64,000 nucleotides of DNA, from positions 192,001 to 256,000 of the IMG/VR virus record IMGVR_UViG_3300045988_174371; one strand, 5' to 3'. Source of the DNA: a virus. The notes below the pieces were generated by a model. The model saw only the letters and a program-made list of their open reading frames with translations, was not told where the DNA came from and did not search any database. Positions 1 through 9,267 of the stretch are shown here, in pieces (within the stretch, counting starts at the first letter, position 1; each line of letters begins with the position of its first letter). A program made the translations under genes and the position numbers.

Positions 1-399
1 TGGTCGTTCTTCGGCAAGTCGCATGAGCCCAAGGAGCCATGCCTTGACCTTGGTGGTGAGTCGTTTATTCCCTCCGGTATTTGGGTAGAGGTCTACCATT
101 CCCATAAGGTCTACGCTTATGCCGTTGCCTACTAGCGAGGTTGCGACGTTCCTGTAGGCGCTAATGGCATTGATTGCGTCTTCTTTGCTGACCCCGGCGA
201 CGCGGCGCGCTTCATTTGCGGCGACATCCATTAAGTCGTCATGCTTGATGCGGTAGTATTCGCCGCGCTGTTTCGTGTTCATCTTGTAGATGCGCAGAGG
301 AAGTTCCATCTCTTCGGGCTCGGGCTCCCATCTGTGCTGGTTGTTTAGGAGCGCGTTCTCTACGATGGTATACCCGTAGGGGTTTCGTTTGCGTGGCAT
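1..399 (-). CDS. hypothetical protein, N-terminal 133 codons only (gene continues past the left edge); weak HU/IHF-like stretch
   Basis: Own translation of the minus strand from ATG (399-397) stays open to position 1: MPRKRNPYGYTIVENALL...GVSKEDAINAISAYRNVATSLVGNGISVDLMGMVDLYPNTGGNKR. An AGGAA SD-like motif lies ~8 nt upstream. Absent from the supplied track because it is truncated. Confidence 0.4.
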   Translation of the reverse strand, partial: MPRKRNPYGYTIVENALLNNQHRWEPEPEEMELPLRIYKMNTKQRGEYYRIKHDDLMDVAANEARRVAGVSKEDAINAISAYRNVATSLVGNGISVDLMGMVDLYPNTGGNKRLTTKVKAWLLGLMRLAEERP

Positions 400-420
400 A
401 ATAGGTTTCCTGTCCGTCGG

Positions 421-1014
421 CTAGTGGTGCTGGTCAAGTATCTTGTAGGAGGTGATTCCGTACTTGATGGCGCAGTCGATAGCGTCTATGACCCTGTTTT
501 CGATGAATTGCTCTACTTCTTCGGCGGGGGTTACGAGTTTCTTCCCGCGTTCCGGCTTGTCCTTGGTCAGGTTGAGAGTGTTATGGTTCCAGTGAATCCA
601 TTGCCCCTTGGTAAGTTTCTGCCACTGCTTGATGGTTGGGACGATGTATTTCGTTCCGTCGTGTTCGTAGGTGGGCTCTTCTAGACCTGGGAGGGATAGC
701 GGGGCGGGTTGCCCGCTGGTATCTTGCTTCCCTACTGGGGATTCTGTTGCGAACCGGACATGGACGTTTTTGGAGTTGGCGGTAAGGTTAGGGTCATTAC
801 TGTAGATGCGCAGAGCTTCAAGAGCTTGCGCTTGCGCGTCTTTCTTAAGTTTCTTCATTCGAAGGATTTGTTCGTGCTGTGGGTCGTCACTCTTAGCACT
901 TGGGGGCAAGAGGTTGTAGATGCTTTCCTTGTGGTGCGCGAAAAGTCGGTCAAAGGTTGCCTCTAGGGTGTCTTTGATGGGGGTAATGCGGAGCGTTAGC
1001 GTGGTGGTAGTCAT
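421..1014 (-). CDS. hypothetical protein (197 aa)
   Basis: Longest ORF at this locus, co-oriented and tightly spaced with the neighbouring minus-strand genes. Overlapping plus-strand ORFs look like shadow frames. No motif recognised. Confidence 0.5.
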   Translation of the reverse strand: MTTTTLTLRITPIKDTLEATFDRLFAHHKESIYNLLPPSAKSDDPQHEQILRMKKLKKDAQAQALEALRIYSNDPNLTANSKNVHVRFATESPVGKQDTSGQPAPLSLPGLEEPTYEHDGTKYIVPTIKQWQKLTKGQWIHWNHNTLNLTKDKPERGKKLVTPAEEVEQFIENRVIDAIDCAIKYGITSYKILDQHH

Positions 1015-1113
1015 GCCTGCCTTGTGCCTTATCTTTTGTGTGGGGCTAGTATTGCTGTAACAGGTACATTCTAATGTGTCGCAGGTTATAGTTCAAGGCG
1101 GTTTGGGCATAGT

Positions 1114-1151
1114 TTAGGGGACGCGCAAGAATTTTCTTGCGCGTCCCCTAA
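1114..1151 (-). terminator. perfect 16-18 bp palindrome downstream of the Rad50-like gene
   Basis: TTAGGGGACGCGCAAG-aatttt-CTTGCGCGTCCCCTAA. It lies ~200 nt after the stop at 1347. There is no clear U-tract, so it could also be a protein-binding palindrome. Confidence 0.45.
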
Positions 1152-1346
1152 GGTGCAGTTTCGGATGACCTGCTTTTCAGCTTTGCTGTGTGCTCTTAGT
1201 GCTTAGCGGGTTGTTGCATTGATGCTATTTCTATTCCCCAGGTACGAGCTTGTCGTTCTTGCGGGGCTTGGTTGGCAACTTTCCCGTTTGTATCTGATGA
1301 GCCGCTTTGTAGGTTTCATCCTGTATGCATTTATTATAGCAGAGTG

Positions 1347-3617
1347 TTAGCCAAGTTCCACTCGGTAGTCTGCTACAGCGTCCACCGTGTCGTTGTGCGC
1401 GATGATAAGAATCTGTTGCGCGTTCATGATGCTACGGATGGTTTTAATGGTGGCATCCATGTTCCTTGGGTCGTATGCGGTGAATGCTTCGTCCAGGATT
1501 AGGGTGCTGGTTGTTCCGCCGAACACCTTTGCGATTCCCAAGCCGATTGCCAGCGATACTGCGGACAGCTCGCCGCCGGAGAGTAGTTGAACTTCGCGAG
1601 TCTTGCCGTTGGCAAAGTGTGCGAGGATTTTAAACTCTTCGGTTATGGTGATACCGATAATTGTTCCGTTGGTGAAGCCAGCGATGAGCTCGGATGCGAA
1701 CTGGGTTAGTCGCGGGATGGCGGTGGCGGTGACTGCTTTGCGGAACTCTTTGAGGGTAGCCTCGGCATAGTGGATGCTTTCCTTCTCTAGGAGGAGGGAA
1801 GCATATGCTACTGCGTCTTCCTCTTCTTGCTTGAGCTGGGTTGCTAGTCTTGCATGTTCAGTTGCAACACGGGTATGTTCCGTGTTGGTATTCTGACCGT
1901 TAGAGGTGTTTTCGGCTATCTTCTTGTCCAGGGTGGCGAGTTGTTCCTTGGCGTTGGCTAGGGCGTGCTCGGTGACGTTTGGGGTGTTTGTAATGGTTTC
2001 CTTGAGGGAGTTCATCTTGTCGTTGAGCGAGGCGATGGAGTTCAACATCTGTTGTTTCACCTGGTTCTGGTTGCCCAGTTCGCGGGTGAGGTTTTCAATT
2101 TCCTTAGCGTCATTGTAGACGTTAAGGGCTGAGTTGTATTCTTCCTCCGCCTTGGCATAGTTCCGCTTAGCCTTGGTGAGTTGCCTCTTTGTGGTTTTAA
2201 GGCTCTCGGTTGCCTCCTTTTCTGCTTGGTAGGCATCTAGAATGTCTAGCGCTTGTGCGATGGAGCCGGTTAGCGCGGTTAGACTCTCTTGTGCAACTTC
2301 GCGGGCTTCCAGCTTTTCCGCCAGCTCATCCTTTAGGGAGGCTATAGTCTCAGCCAGCGGCTTGAGAACTGCTTCCTTGTTCTTGATGATTTGCTGGCAG
2401 GTGGGGCAGGTTCCACTGAGATTAGCTATTTCATTGTAGCTACGCTCAGCTTCAGGTAGTTTAGCCTGCTGGATGATGCTAATACGCTCATTGAGGGAGT
2501 GGACTGCGCTTTTGAGCTGTACTTCCTGCTCGGATTGCTCCCTGTGGGCATCCTGCGCCTCCTCCGCACTCTTATACGGGTTATTCTCAGTGAGAGTGTT
2601 TTTCGCACGGTTGAGCTTGTCCTCCAGGGAGGCTATGGCACTCTCTAGAGTGGTTTGATTCACACGGGCATCTTGTAGTGCTTCAAGCTTCTGCTGGTAT
2701 GCGGCTTCTACAAGCTGGTAATCTAACGCTACACCCTTACCGCCTGTGATACGCAGTTCCAGCTCCTCAGCGGCTTTCTGAGCCTGCTTGAGGCGTTCCT
2801 TGGCTTCGTTGCGGCGCTCCTCTACATTGGCGAGGTTCGACTTGGCGGTAGTTAGGGTCATGTAGTTCTGTTGAAGCTCAGAAACCTTAGCAGTAAGAGC
2901 TGTCCTTTGAGCCATTAGGCTCCTATACATCTCCCGCTGAGCGGTTAGGGACTCAAACAGCTTCAACTCTCGCTCCGCAAGGTCGGCTACGATTTTCCTG
3001 TGCGCGTCAAGACCTGCCCTGTCCACAGTTTTGCTGTCAAGCTCACGCTTGTTAATGCGACGGTGGATGCCACATTCTTCTAGCGCTTGAGAGTTAGCGG
3101 TAATGCCTGTGAGCTGTTCGATGATGTCGCGTCGAACTTCCGGCTTGGAATTGATGAATCTATCCGTTTCTTTCTGACGGAAGAAGACGGTGTTCATAAA
3201 GATGCTTTCGCCTACACCGAGGGTGCGGATGATTGCCTTGGTACCGTCACCTACGGAAGGTCCTGCAATATGGTGAGTGGAACCGTTATCTTCAATCTTC
3301 TCTAGGGTGACCTGCGTAGTACCCCTATAGTTCATAGTTCGGGTGGCAGTGTATGTTTCGCCGTCTACTTTGTAGGTTACTTTGACGGAGGTGGGCTCAT
3401 TTTTCGGGGTACCTTCTCTTCGAAGGTCGAGGTTACGGGTGATGTCTGCTGGGCGGGTTCCGTATAGAGCCCAAGGTACAGCATTGACGATAGTTGATTT
3501 CCCTGCGCCGTTGCCGCCGGTAATATGAGTGATACCGCTTTCCGGGAACGTTTCCGTGAAGTATTTGTGACTACGGAGGTTATGGATTTCTATCGTCTTA
3601 ATGGTTAGTGAAGTCAA
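1347..3617 (-). CDS. sbcC: SbcC/Rad50-family SMC-like ATPase with zinc hook
   Basis: N-terminal Walker A ITGGNGAGKSTIV. Long heptad-rich coiled-coil middle with a central CxxC hook (GTCPTCQQ). C-terminal signature LLSGGELSAVSLAIGL and Walker B TLILDEAF. Confidence 0.85.
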   Translation of the reverse strand: MTSLTIKTIEIHNLRSHKYFTETFPESGITHITGGNGAGKSTIVNAVPWALYGTRPADITRNLDLRREGTPKNEPTSVKVTYKVDGETYTATRTMNYRGTTQVTLEKIEDNGSTHHIAGPSVGDGTKAIIRTLGVGESIFMNTVFFRQKETDRFINSKPEVRRDIIEQLTGITANSQALEECGIHRRINKRELDSKTVDRAGLDAHRKIVADLAERELKLFESLTAQREMYRSLMAQRTALTAKVSELQQNYMTLTTAKSNLANVEERRNEAKERLKQAQKAAEELELRITGGKGVALDYQLVEAAYQQKLEALQDARVNQTTLESAIASLEDKLNRAKNTLTENNPYKSAEEAQDAHREQSEQEVQLKSAVHSLNERISIIQQAKLPEAERSYNEIANLSGTCPTCQQIIKNKEAVLKPLAETIASLKDELAEKLEAREVAQESLTALTGSIAQALDILDAYQAEKEATESLKTTKRQLTKAKRNYAKAEEEYNSALNVYNDAKEIENLTRELGNQNQVKQQMLNSIASLNDKMNSLKETITNTPNVTEHALANAKEQLATLDKKIAENTSNGQNTNTEHTRVATEHARLATQLKQEEEDAVAYASLLLEKESIHYAEATLKEFRKAVTATAIPRLTQFASELIAGFTNGTIIGITITEEFKILAHFANGKTREVQLLSGGELSAVSLAIGLGIAKVFGGTTSTLILDEAFTAYDPRNMDATIKTIRSIMNAQQILIIAHNDTVDAVADYRVELG

Positions 3618-3644
3618 GTGACGCTCCTATTAGCTGTTTCGGGT

Positions 3645-3695
3645 ATAAGAAACCCCCTATGCGCTTTCCATTGTATCGCATAGGGGGTTTCTTAT
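3645..3695 (-). terminator. intrinsic terminator (19-bp perfect stem)
   Basis: ATAAGAAACCCCCTATGCG-13 nt loop-CGCATAGGGGGTTTCTTAT. The GC core is followed by a U-rich tail on either strand. It sits 8 nt after the stop of 3703..4413. Confidence 0.7.
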
Positions 3696-3702
3696 GGTAG
3701 CT

Positions 3703-4413
3703 CTACTGGGCGGGTGATGCAGTGGGGGTTGCGGTGGCGTTTAGCGCCTGGTTAATTTGGGCAAGCATGAGCACCTGAGTCACAAGGGGGTAGCCGTCAA
3801 TCTTCCACGTCTTAGACTCGTCGTCGTATGCCATCGTGACGGTCACGTCGTGGTTAGTCTTGGTGTAGATGCTCTGGGGGATGTGGACAATTCCTCGCTC
3901 AGTAACAGCTTCAGTCGAGCTGATGACCGCTTGTTCACTGATGGGCTTGATGTTGTCCGCCCCGCCGACGGAGTTACCTATCCCAGCCGAGAGGTAAATC
4001 ATTGCAACCATAGTTGCCCGGCGAGTCTCTTCGCTACCTGATACGACAGAGTTCTTGAGGATTTCAGGAGCCCTATCGTAGTTGCCTTCGGCTACTTCAG
4101 CGGCGATTGAGTTGGGGTCTGCGGTCTGAGCAATTGCTTTGTGAATTTCGGTAAGCTTTGCGACTGCTTCCCGCTTATCTGTGTCTGCGTCATTGCCGGT
4201 GAAAGTGCGGGTGACTTTCTGCAATGTAGCCTGAGAAGTGGGCGCACCGTTGTTACTGTTGGGTGCGGGTAGGACACCACCATAGACTAGTCCTGCGAGA
4301 GTGCTTGCACCCAGGATGAATGCGAGTAGGAGGAAGCCGATGGTTCGGATGAGTGGCGGTTTTGTCGCAGTGACAGGAGTAACGTAAGGGCTGTCTTCGG
4401 TCTTGTTAGCCAT
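3703..4413 (-). CDS. membrane-anchored extracytoplasmic protein (236 aa)
   Basis: One N-terminal TM segment (IGFLLLAFILGASTLAGLVYGGV) followed by a soluble domain. The start overlaps the stop of the upstream ORF by 8 nt, suggesting translational coupling. Confidence 0.55.
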   Translation of the reverse strand: MANKTEDSPYVTPVTATKPPLIRTIGFLLLAFILGASTLAGLVYGGVLPAPNSNNGAPTSQATLQKVTRTFTGNDADTDKREAVAKLTEIHKAIAQTADPNSIAAEVAEGNYDRAPEILKNSVVSGSEETRRATMVAMIYLSAGIGNSVGGADNIKPISEQAVISSTEAVTERGIVHIPQSIYTKTNHDVTVTMAYDDESKTWKIDGYPLVTQVLMLAQINQALNATATPTASPAQ

Positions 4414-4729
4414 GTGGGTTAGTTTCCTTCCGTGGTCTGGTGGCTAGGGTTGTTATGAGGGGGATGAGTGTCCAACAGGTTAGGAACACTGCTCCTATTA
4501 TGACATACCTTATGTCGTAAATCTCCTGAAATGGCATGTGGGTTGGGTTCTCACCGTATGCGGACGATACAGCGAGGAGCCCGCTTGCGCGCAGGTTCTC
4601 ATAGCGCTGTGCGATATTCAGGATAATGCTGGTGACGATGATGGGAATGAAGAATAAGGCGATGATGCTTGTCAGGGCTATTTTCCCCATTCGGCGGTAT
4701 GTTTTCGGTGGCGGCTGTTGCACTCTCAT
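4406..4729 (-). CDS. small two-TM membrane protein (107 aa)
   Basis: Two hydrophobic spans (IALTSIIALFFIPIIVTSIILNI and VIIGAVFLTCWTLIPLITTL). Overlaps the downstream gene. Confidence 0.5.
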   Translation of the reverse strand: MRVQQPPPKTYRRMGKIALTSIIALFFIPIIVTSIILNIAQRYENLRASGLLAVSSAYGENPTHMPFQEIYDIRYVIIGAVFLTCWTLIPLITTLATRPRKETNPHG

Positions 4730-4753
4730 TTTCCCCCTCTTTCCTGGTGTTAG

Positions 4754-6118
4754 CTAGTGGCGGTTGATGCTCTCTGAGCGGCGCACCCGGTAGTTTTCCG
4801 CAAGCTTCTTCTTGTAGCTATTGGGGATGTCGCGCAGGGCAATGAGGTCTGCGGTAGCTCCGCTGGTTACAAGGGCTGAGAGGCAGTCTTCCGTCGTATT
4901 GATGTCGTCTAGCTGGATGCCGGTGTCGAGGATAGCTAGAAGCATGTCTGTTGCCGCTTCCATATCTCGAACGTTGGACTTGGCTGGGTCTAGATGATGC
5001 GTGATACGCTCTTGCCCGTTATCTTTCCAGGTGAGCTCTTCCACTGTCCGCATTTTCACCCAGTTTTCGTTGGATTCCTTGTGGCTGAGGTATTCAGCCA
5101 ATGGTATCTCCATCTGCTGAGCGAGCTCTTCGTCGGTGTACCTGTGACCTTGGGGGTTGCCGTGCTTCTGGTTAAGCTCTTTGATTGCGCGTTTTCGGTT
5201 GCGCTGGAAGTTTGCCAGTGGCGCACCTAGGATATGCGTGGGCAGGTCGTTTACCCAGTTTGGGGCTGAGGATGCTAGGTAAGCGGCATAGGGTACGCCG
5301 CCAGACTCGTTGTACTTTGCGTATCCTTCGGCGGCGATTCCCACGTAGTAGGCGGCTTGCTCTTCAGGGTTCTTCCCTAGTAGTACGTTTACTGTCTCGC
5401 GGTGGCTGGGTGAGATTAGCCCCTGCACGAACATGCCGTAGAACTCGATAAGTCCGCCGTAGAACTCTTGAGGAACGTCGGTACCTTCGCGGCGGAATAC
5501 TGGGTATGCGACGCGGACAGGTTCGGGGGCGTTGTGCGCTTCGGCAATGTCTTTCATGATGGTGTACGCGGGTTCGGGAGTTGCGGCGCGTACAACGATT
5601 CGCCCGTCTCGCCCGGTGGTAACGATGCCAATTCCGGCGAGAGCTTCTTGAAGCTCCTTATATACACCGTTCGCGTCCTTGAGCGTCAGGTTTGCGACTG
5701 GGCGTAGGGGGGCGAGCTGAAAGCCTTCCGTTTCGGTTAGTCCACCGTAGAGGCGGGTGGGTAGGTTTTTGTCGATGAGCTTTAGCCCTAGCCGTAGCTT
5801 AGGCTCATCTTTTTGTCGCTCTGTAAACCACTCTTCGATTGCTTTACCTGTCATTGCGTAGGAGCTTCCGTTTGGGGACTTGTACGCTTTTTTCTCAGCA
5901 ACGAGGCTTTCTAGCCAACTGGTAGCTTCATCCAAGATGTTCGGATTGGCTTTCAACTCCTTCTTGGTGAGGGTTGTTTCGATAAGCTTTTCTGGGGTTA
6001 TCCAGATGCCGTCGCTGACGCGGATAGCCCATCTTTCTTGGATGGGGAATGCGTAGAACTGCGCATTAGTGTAGTAGGGCTTGAGATTAACGAGGCAGTG
6101 GTTGTACTTTTCTACCAT
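4754..6118 (-). CDS. hypothetical protein (454 aa); C-terminal half weakly sigma-70-like
   Basis: Long ORF in the operon. The stretch GIAAEGYAKYNESGGVPYAAYLASSAPNWV...RAIKELNQKHGNPQGHRYTDEELAQQMEIPLAEYLSHKE resembles sigma regions 2.x and 3.0 in pattern only. Confidence 0.5.
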   Translation of the reverse strand: MVEKYNHCLVNLKPYYTNAQFYAFPIQERWAIRVSDGIWITPEKLIETTLTKKELKANPNILDEATSWLESLVAEKKAYKSPNGSSYAMTGKAIEEWFTERQKDEPKLRLGLKLIDKNLPTRLYGGLTETEGFQLAPLRPVANLTLKDANGVYKELQEALAGIGIVTTGRDGRIVVRAATPEPAYTIMKDIAEAHNAPEPVRVAYPVFRREGTDVPQEFYGGLIEFYGMFVQGLISPSHRETVNVLLGKNPEEQAAYYVGIAAEGYAKYNESGGVPYAAYLASSAPNWVNDLPTHILGAPLANFQRNRKRAIKELNQKHGNPQGHRYTDEELAQQMEIPLAEYLSHKESNENWVKMRTVEELTWKDNGQERITHHLDPAKSNVRDMEAATDMLLAILDTGIQLDDINTTEDCLSALVTSGATADLIALRDIPNSYKKKLAENYRVRRSESINRH

Positions 6119-6133
6119 TGGGATGGACGTTCC

Positions 6134-6487
6134 TTATGGGTTGAGCGGGGTGAACGTGGATAGGGTGTCTTCACTCGTGACGGAGACATTGTAGCCGCAT
6201 AGTCGAAGGTCTTCTACGATGTCTTTTAGTGCCGCGAGGCTGGCTGTTCCTCGGGGTTTCCCAGCAAGGTGGTATGGGCGGGTTATCTGCAAGGTGTCCT
6301 GCTCCTCATTGAGTGCAAGTGCGCCCAGCTCACCCAGCGGGTTTCTGGGTGCGTCTTTAAGACTCTCGATAGTGGAGAGGATGCACGCCTTGACGGTTGC
6401 GTAGGGAGTATCGTATGGGCTTGCGTGGGTAATCGCTAGGTATAGCGTGGGGGGTTCTGTATTGTTATCCATTTCATCATTATGCAA
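6134..6487 (-). CDS. hypothetical protein (117 aa)
   Basis: ORF co-oriented with the operon, 15 nt upstream of the next gene. No motif recognised. Confidence 0.45.
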   Translation of the reverse strand: MHNDEMDNNTEPPTLYLAITHASPYDTPYATVKACILSTIESLKDAPRNPLGELGALALNEEQDTLQITRPYHLAGKPRGTASLAALKDIVEDLRLCGYNVSVTSEDTLSTFTPLNP

Positions 6488-6683
6488 CCGTAGTGTGGTG
6501 TACGCAACTCGTTTTAGGGAACTTTTTGCGTGACTAGCGGGGTTATTGGTGTTCAGCCTTGAATTTCCGGGGGTTCCGTTTCGAAATTTCTATCCGTCAA
6601 TGAATATTTATGCCACGAATTGTTGCAGTATATAGCCACCTATGCAATCTTTCGCTGGGTTGATATGTGGGTTAGTTGGACAG

Positions 6684-6732
6684 AGTGTTGCCGGGCAGAG
6701 CTCCTTAGTTGGGAGTTCTGCCCGGCAACACT
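6684..6732 (-). terminator. intrinsic terminator (16-bp stem)
   Basis: AGTGTTGCCGGGCAGA-17 nt-TCTGCCCGGCAACACT, 13 nt after the stop at 6745. Confidence 0.6.
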
Positions 6733-6744
6733 GTTATTAGTTCT

Positions 6745-7725
6745 TTATGCGGTTGGGCTGGCTGTAGCGGCAGGCGCTACGGCGGATGAATTGTCGGTGG
6801 GGACAATCGTTCCGACCTTGGTGAAGCCTGTGTTCTGAGACTCTGCGTAGTCGCTGGATTTAAACTCTGCCCAGGTTGCCAGCAGGTATTGCTTAGTGCC
6901 GCTCTGAGAATAGAGATACCATTTGTCGTTCGACTCGACGAGCTCCATCTTAACCACGGCGGGGTGTTCCTTTTCTAGTACCGCAAAAGCCCCATCTGAC
7001 CCAACCCCATCTGCCTCCTGAATGCGGACAGTCTCTATTGAGGTGAAGTCCACTTCTACTGAGACGCGCCTGTGGGTTGTGCCGATACTGTCAATGTAAT
7101 AGGTGCCAGATGGCTCAAAGTGAACCTTCACTTCCCCTCGAACTTGGAACGTAGGCATACGTGCGTCTTCTAGGTAGGATTCTTTACTCCAACGTGAAAC
7201 TGTTTCAGCGTCGTAGTAGACGGGTGAGCCTTCCCAGATTGAACTTCTTACGCTTCGGTAAGCGTCAGCGCGTGTCCTCAAGTAGGCGTTGTAGCCGCTG
7301 TTCTTAGTTTTGACGAGGTATCGGACGTTTCGGATGGTAGCTGGAGTTAGCTTGCTGTCGTCTACGCCGAAGTTCCCGGCGGACTTCATGAATGATTCGA
7401 TGAAGTCCGAAATTTTTCGGGTGTCTTCCTCAGTTAGGGTGAATGATGCGGGTGCTGTTTCTTTCACCTTGTCTTCGGTTTTCCACGGCTGGGAGATGAA
7501 GATGGCTGGGACAGCGATAGCCGCCGCCACGCCACCCCCGAGCAGAAGCATCTCTCTGCGGGTAAGCTTCTGCTTTTTGGCAGGCTCCGTTTCAGGCTCC
7601 TGCTCCTTTTCCGCAGAGTTGTCAGGGGTGGGCGTTACGGGGACAGTATCTTTTGGGCGACCAAGGAGGCGAACGTAAGTGTTACCAGAAAGCTGGTCGT
7701 CAGCGTTGTTATTATCATTAGCCAT
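6745..7725 (-). CDS. membrane-anchored extracytoplasmic protein (326 aa)
   Basis: Charged N-terminus, one TM (MLLLGGGVAAAIAVPAIFI), then a ~240-aa soluble domain. Confidence 0.55.
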   Translation of the reverse strand: MANDNNNADDQLSGNTYVRLLGRPKDTVPVTPTPDNSAEKEQEPETEPAKKQKLTRREMLLLGGGVAAAIAVPAIFISQPWKTEDKVKETAPASFTLTEEDTRKISDFIESFMKSAGNFGVDDSKLTPATIRNVRYLVKTKNSGYNAYLRTRADAYRSVRSSIWEGSPVYYDAETVSRWSKESYLEDARMPTFQVRGEVKVHFEPSGTYYIDSIGTTHRRVSVEVDFTSIETVRIQEADGVGSDGAFAVLEKEHPAVVKMELVESNDKWYLYSQSGTKQYLLATWAEFKSSDYAESQNTGFTKVGTIVPTDNSSAVAPAATASPTA

Positions 7726-7779
7726 ACGTCTATACTACCCTCCTTTTCTGTTTTTCGCTGTCTGGTTTGGGTGTGTTCA

Positions 7780-9267
7780 TTACGCCTTGTCGGTAGGGGT
7801 TCCACTATTCGCGCCCACGTATCGGTATACCTTGTACTTCTGCCCGAGCAGGTCAGTAAGGTCTTCCGACCAGCGGTATTCGATGGGGTGGATAGCGCCT
7901 ACTTCGTTGCGCCATGAGCCCTGCGCCACTGAGGGCTTGCCGTCATGGTCGCCAATGAATATGGCGGTATGACCGGCTGTGCCGCCGGGTCCACCTGCGA
8001 TGAGGATGTCGCCGGGTTGCAGGTCGGAACGTTTGCCGGTTACGTCTTTCCAGTCCGAAGACTGTGCGTAGTATTCCGCCTGTTGCCCAGTTGCACCCCA
8101 AGGAACCTTAGGGTCTACCGTGTTCTTCACGACGGTTGCGACGAAGCGGTCGCATGAGGCGTATAGGGCTTCCGCTCCAGGGCGTTCAGTGTGGGTGTCC
8201 TTGCCGCCCTTTTCTTCTGCCTTTTTCTTGGCTTCTTTGTAGGCTGGCTTTGCATTTTCTACCCCGTCGGGGTCTGCGTCGGAGACCGGGATTCGCTTTG
8301 CTTCGTCTGGCTTGTTGGAGTCCCATGCGATGCTCTTTGCGAGTTCTACGATGCCGGACATGTCTGCGCTGGATTCGCCGCCGAGGAAGCATGAGCCGCC
8401 GCCCTTGGAGAGGGAGGAGCTACCGCTAGACTTCATGCCGGGCTTGAAGTCCTTGATGAAGTCTTCACCGAAGGCGATACGGCGAGGCATGTTGGGGTGA
8501 CCTGAGCGTTCGAACTTGTTGTTGAAGATGGCGACAAGTTCAGCTACGCTCTTGGAGTCGTCTGCGAAGCCGCTTGCGATGAGGTTTGCGCCTTCGCCGC
8601 CTTCGAGCTCCTGCTTCAGGAAGTCCATCTGCGTACCAAGGTCAGACCAGTGGGAGTTATTAGCTTTGGCGAAATTTACAAGGTTGATGCGGCGGTCGCC
8701 GTCCCACTGCGCAAAACCAATAGCTTTACCGGAAACGTTACCTTGCGCAAGAATTTCGTCATTGCTCATTTTGGAGTTCAGCCCGGAGCCGCCCTGAGTG
8801 AGTTCGGAGTTGAACCCGGACTCCTGCCCAAAGTTTCCCATTAGCCCGGCTATCATTTTGGTGGTGAATGGTTTGTTTCCCCATTCACCACCGAAGGTGG
8901 TTGATGATAGCCAGGTTGCGACGTTTTGGACATTTTCGGCTGGGTCTTCGCTGTGTTTCAGCCCCGATTTGCTTTTGCCGCTGTTCTGGCTGATGCCGTA
9001 GCACCCGTCAGCATTATCATTTTTACCCCACACCTGGGCGGCTGGGATGCCGGTGACCAGGAGTAGGATGAAGAGTGCGATAATGCCTAGGATTACCCAT
9101 GTGGCTGGGTTGGTGAGGGTGGATACGGTTGCTGTGGTTGCGGCACTAACGTTCTTTGCCGTCTTGACGGCTTTCTGTGCTGTTTCTGCGGTCTTCACAG
9201 CCTTGTCTGCCACTGTTTCCCGTGCTGGGGTATTTGGCGGCTGTGTGGGTTCGTTATTGGCTGTCAT
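7780..9267 (-). CDS. bifunctional cell-wall hydrolase (phage-tail-lysozyme-like domain plus NlpC/P60- or CHAP-like peptidase), T4SS-associated
   Basis: N-terminal TM. Lysozyme-like block MIAGLMGNFGQESGFN...AIGFAQWDGDRRINLVNFAK...QMDFLKQELEG. C-terminal Cys/His peptidase pattern (ASCDRFVATVV ... GHTAIFIGDHDG). Confidence 0.75.
   Translation of the reverse strand: MTANNEPTQPPNTPARETVADKAVKTAETAQKAVKTAKNVSAATTATVSTLTNPATWVILGIIALFILLLVTGIPAAQVWGKNDNADGCYGISQNSGKSKSGLKHSEDPAENVQNVATWLSSTTFGGEWGNKPFTTKMIAGLMGNFGQESGFNSELTQGGSGLNSKMSNDEILAQGNVSGKAIGFAQWDGDRRINLVNFAKANNSHWSDLGTQMDFLKQELEGGEGANLIASGFADDSKSVAELVAIFNNKFERSGHPNMPRRIAFGEDFIKDFKPGMKSSGSSSLSKGGGSCFLGGESSADMSGIVELAKSIAWDSNKPDEAKRIPVSDADPDGVENAKPAYKEAKKKAEEKGGKDTHTERPGAEALYASCDRFVATVVKNTVDPKVPWGATGQQAEYYAQSSDWKDVTGKRSDLQPGDILIAGGPGGTAGHTAIFIGDHDGKPSVAQGSWRNEVGAIHPIEYRWSEDLTDLLGQKYKVYRYVGANSGTPTDKA

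Noticed and set aside
3883-3891. TGTGGACAA, the reverse complement of the actinobacterial DnaA-box consensus TTGTCCACA
   Set aside because: It is a single copy inside a coding region. No cluster of boxes occurs here or in the 24-kb intergenic tract.
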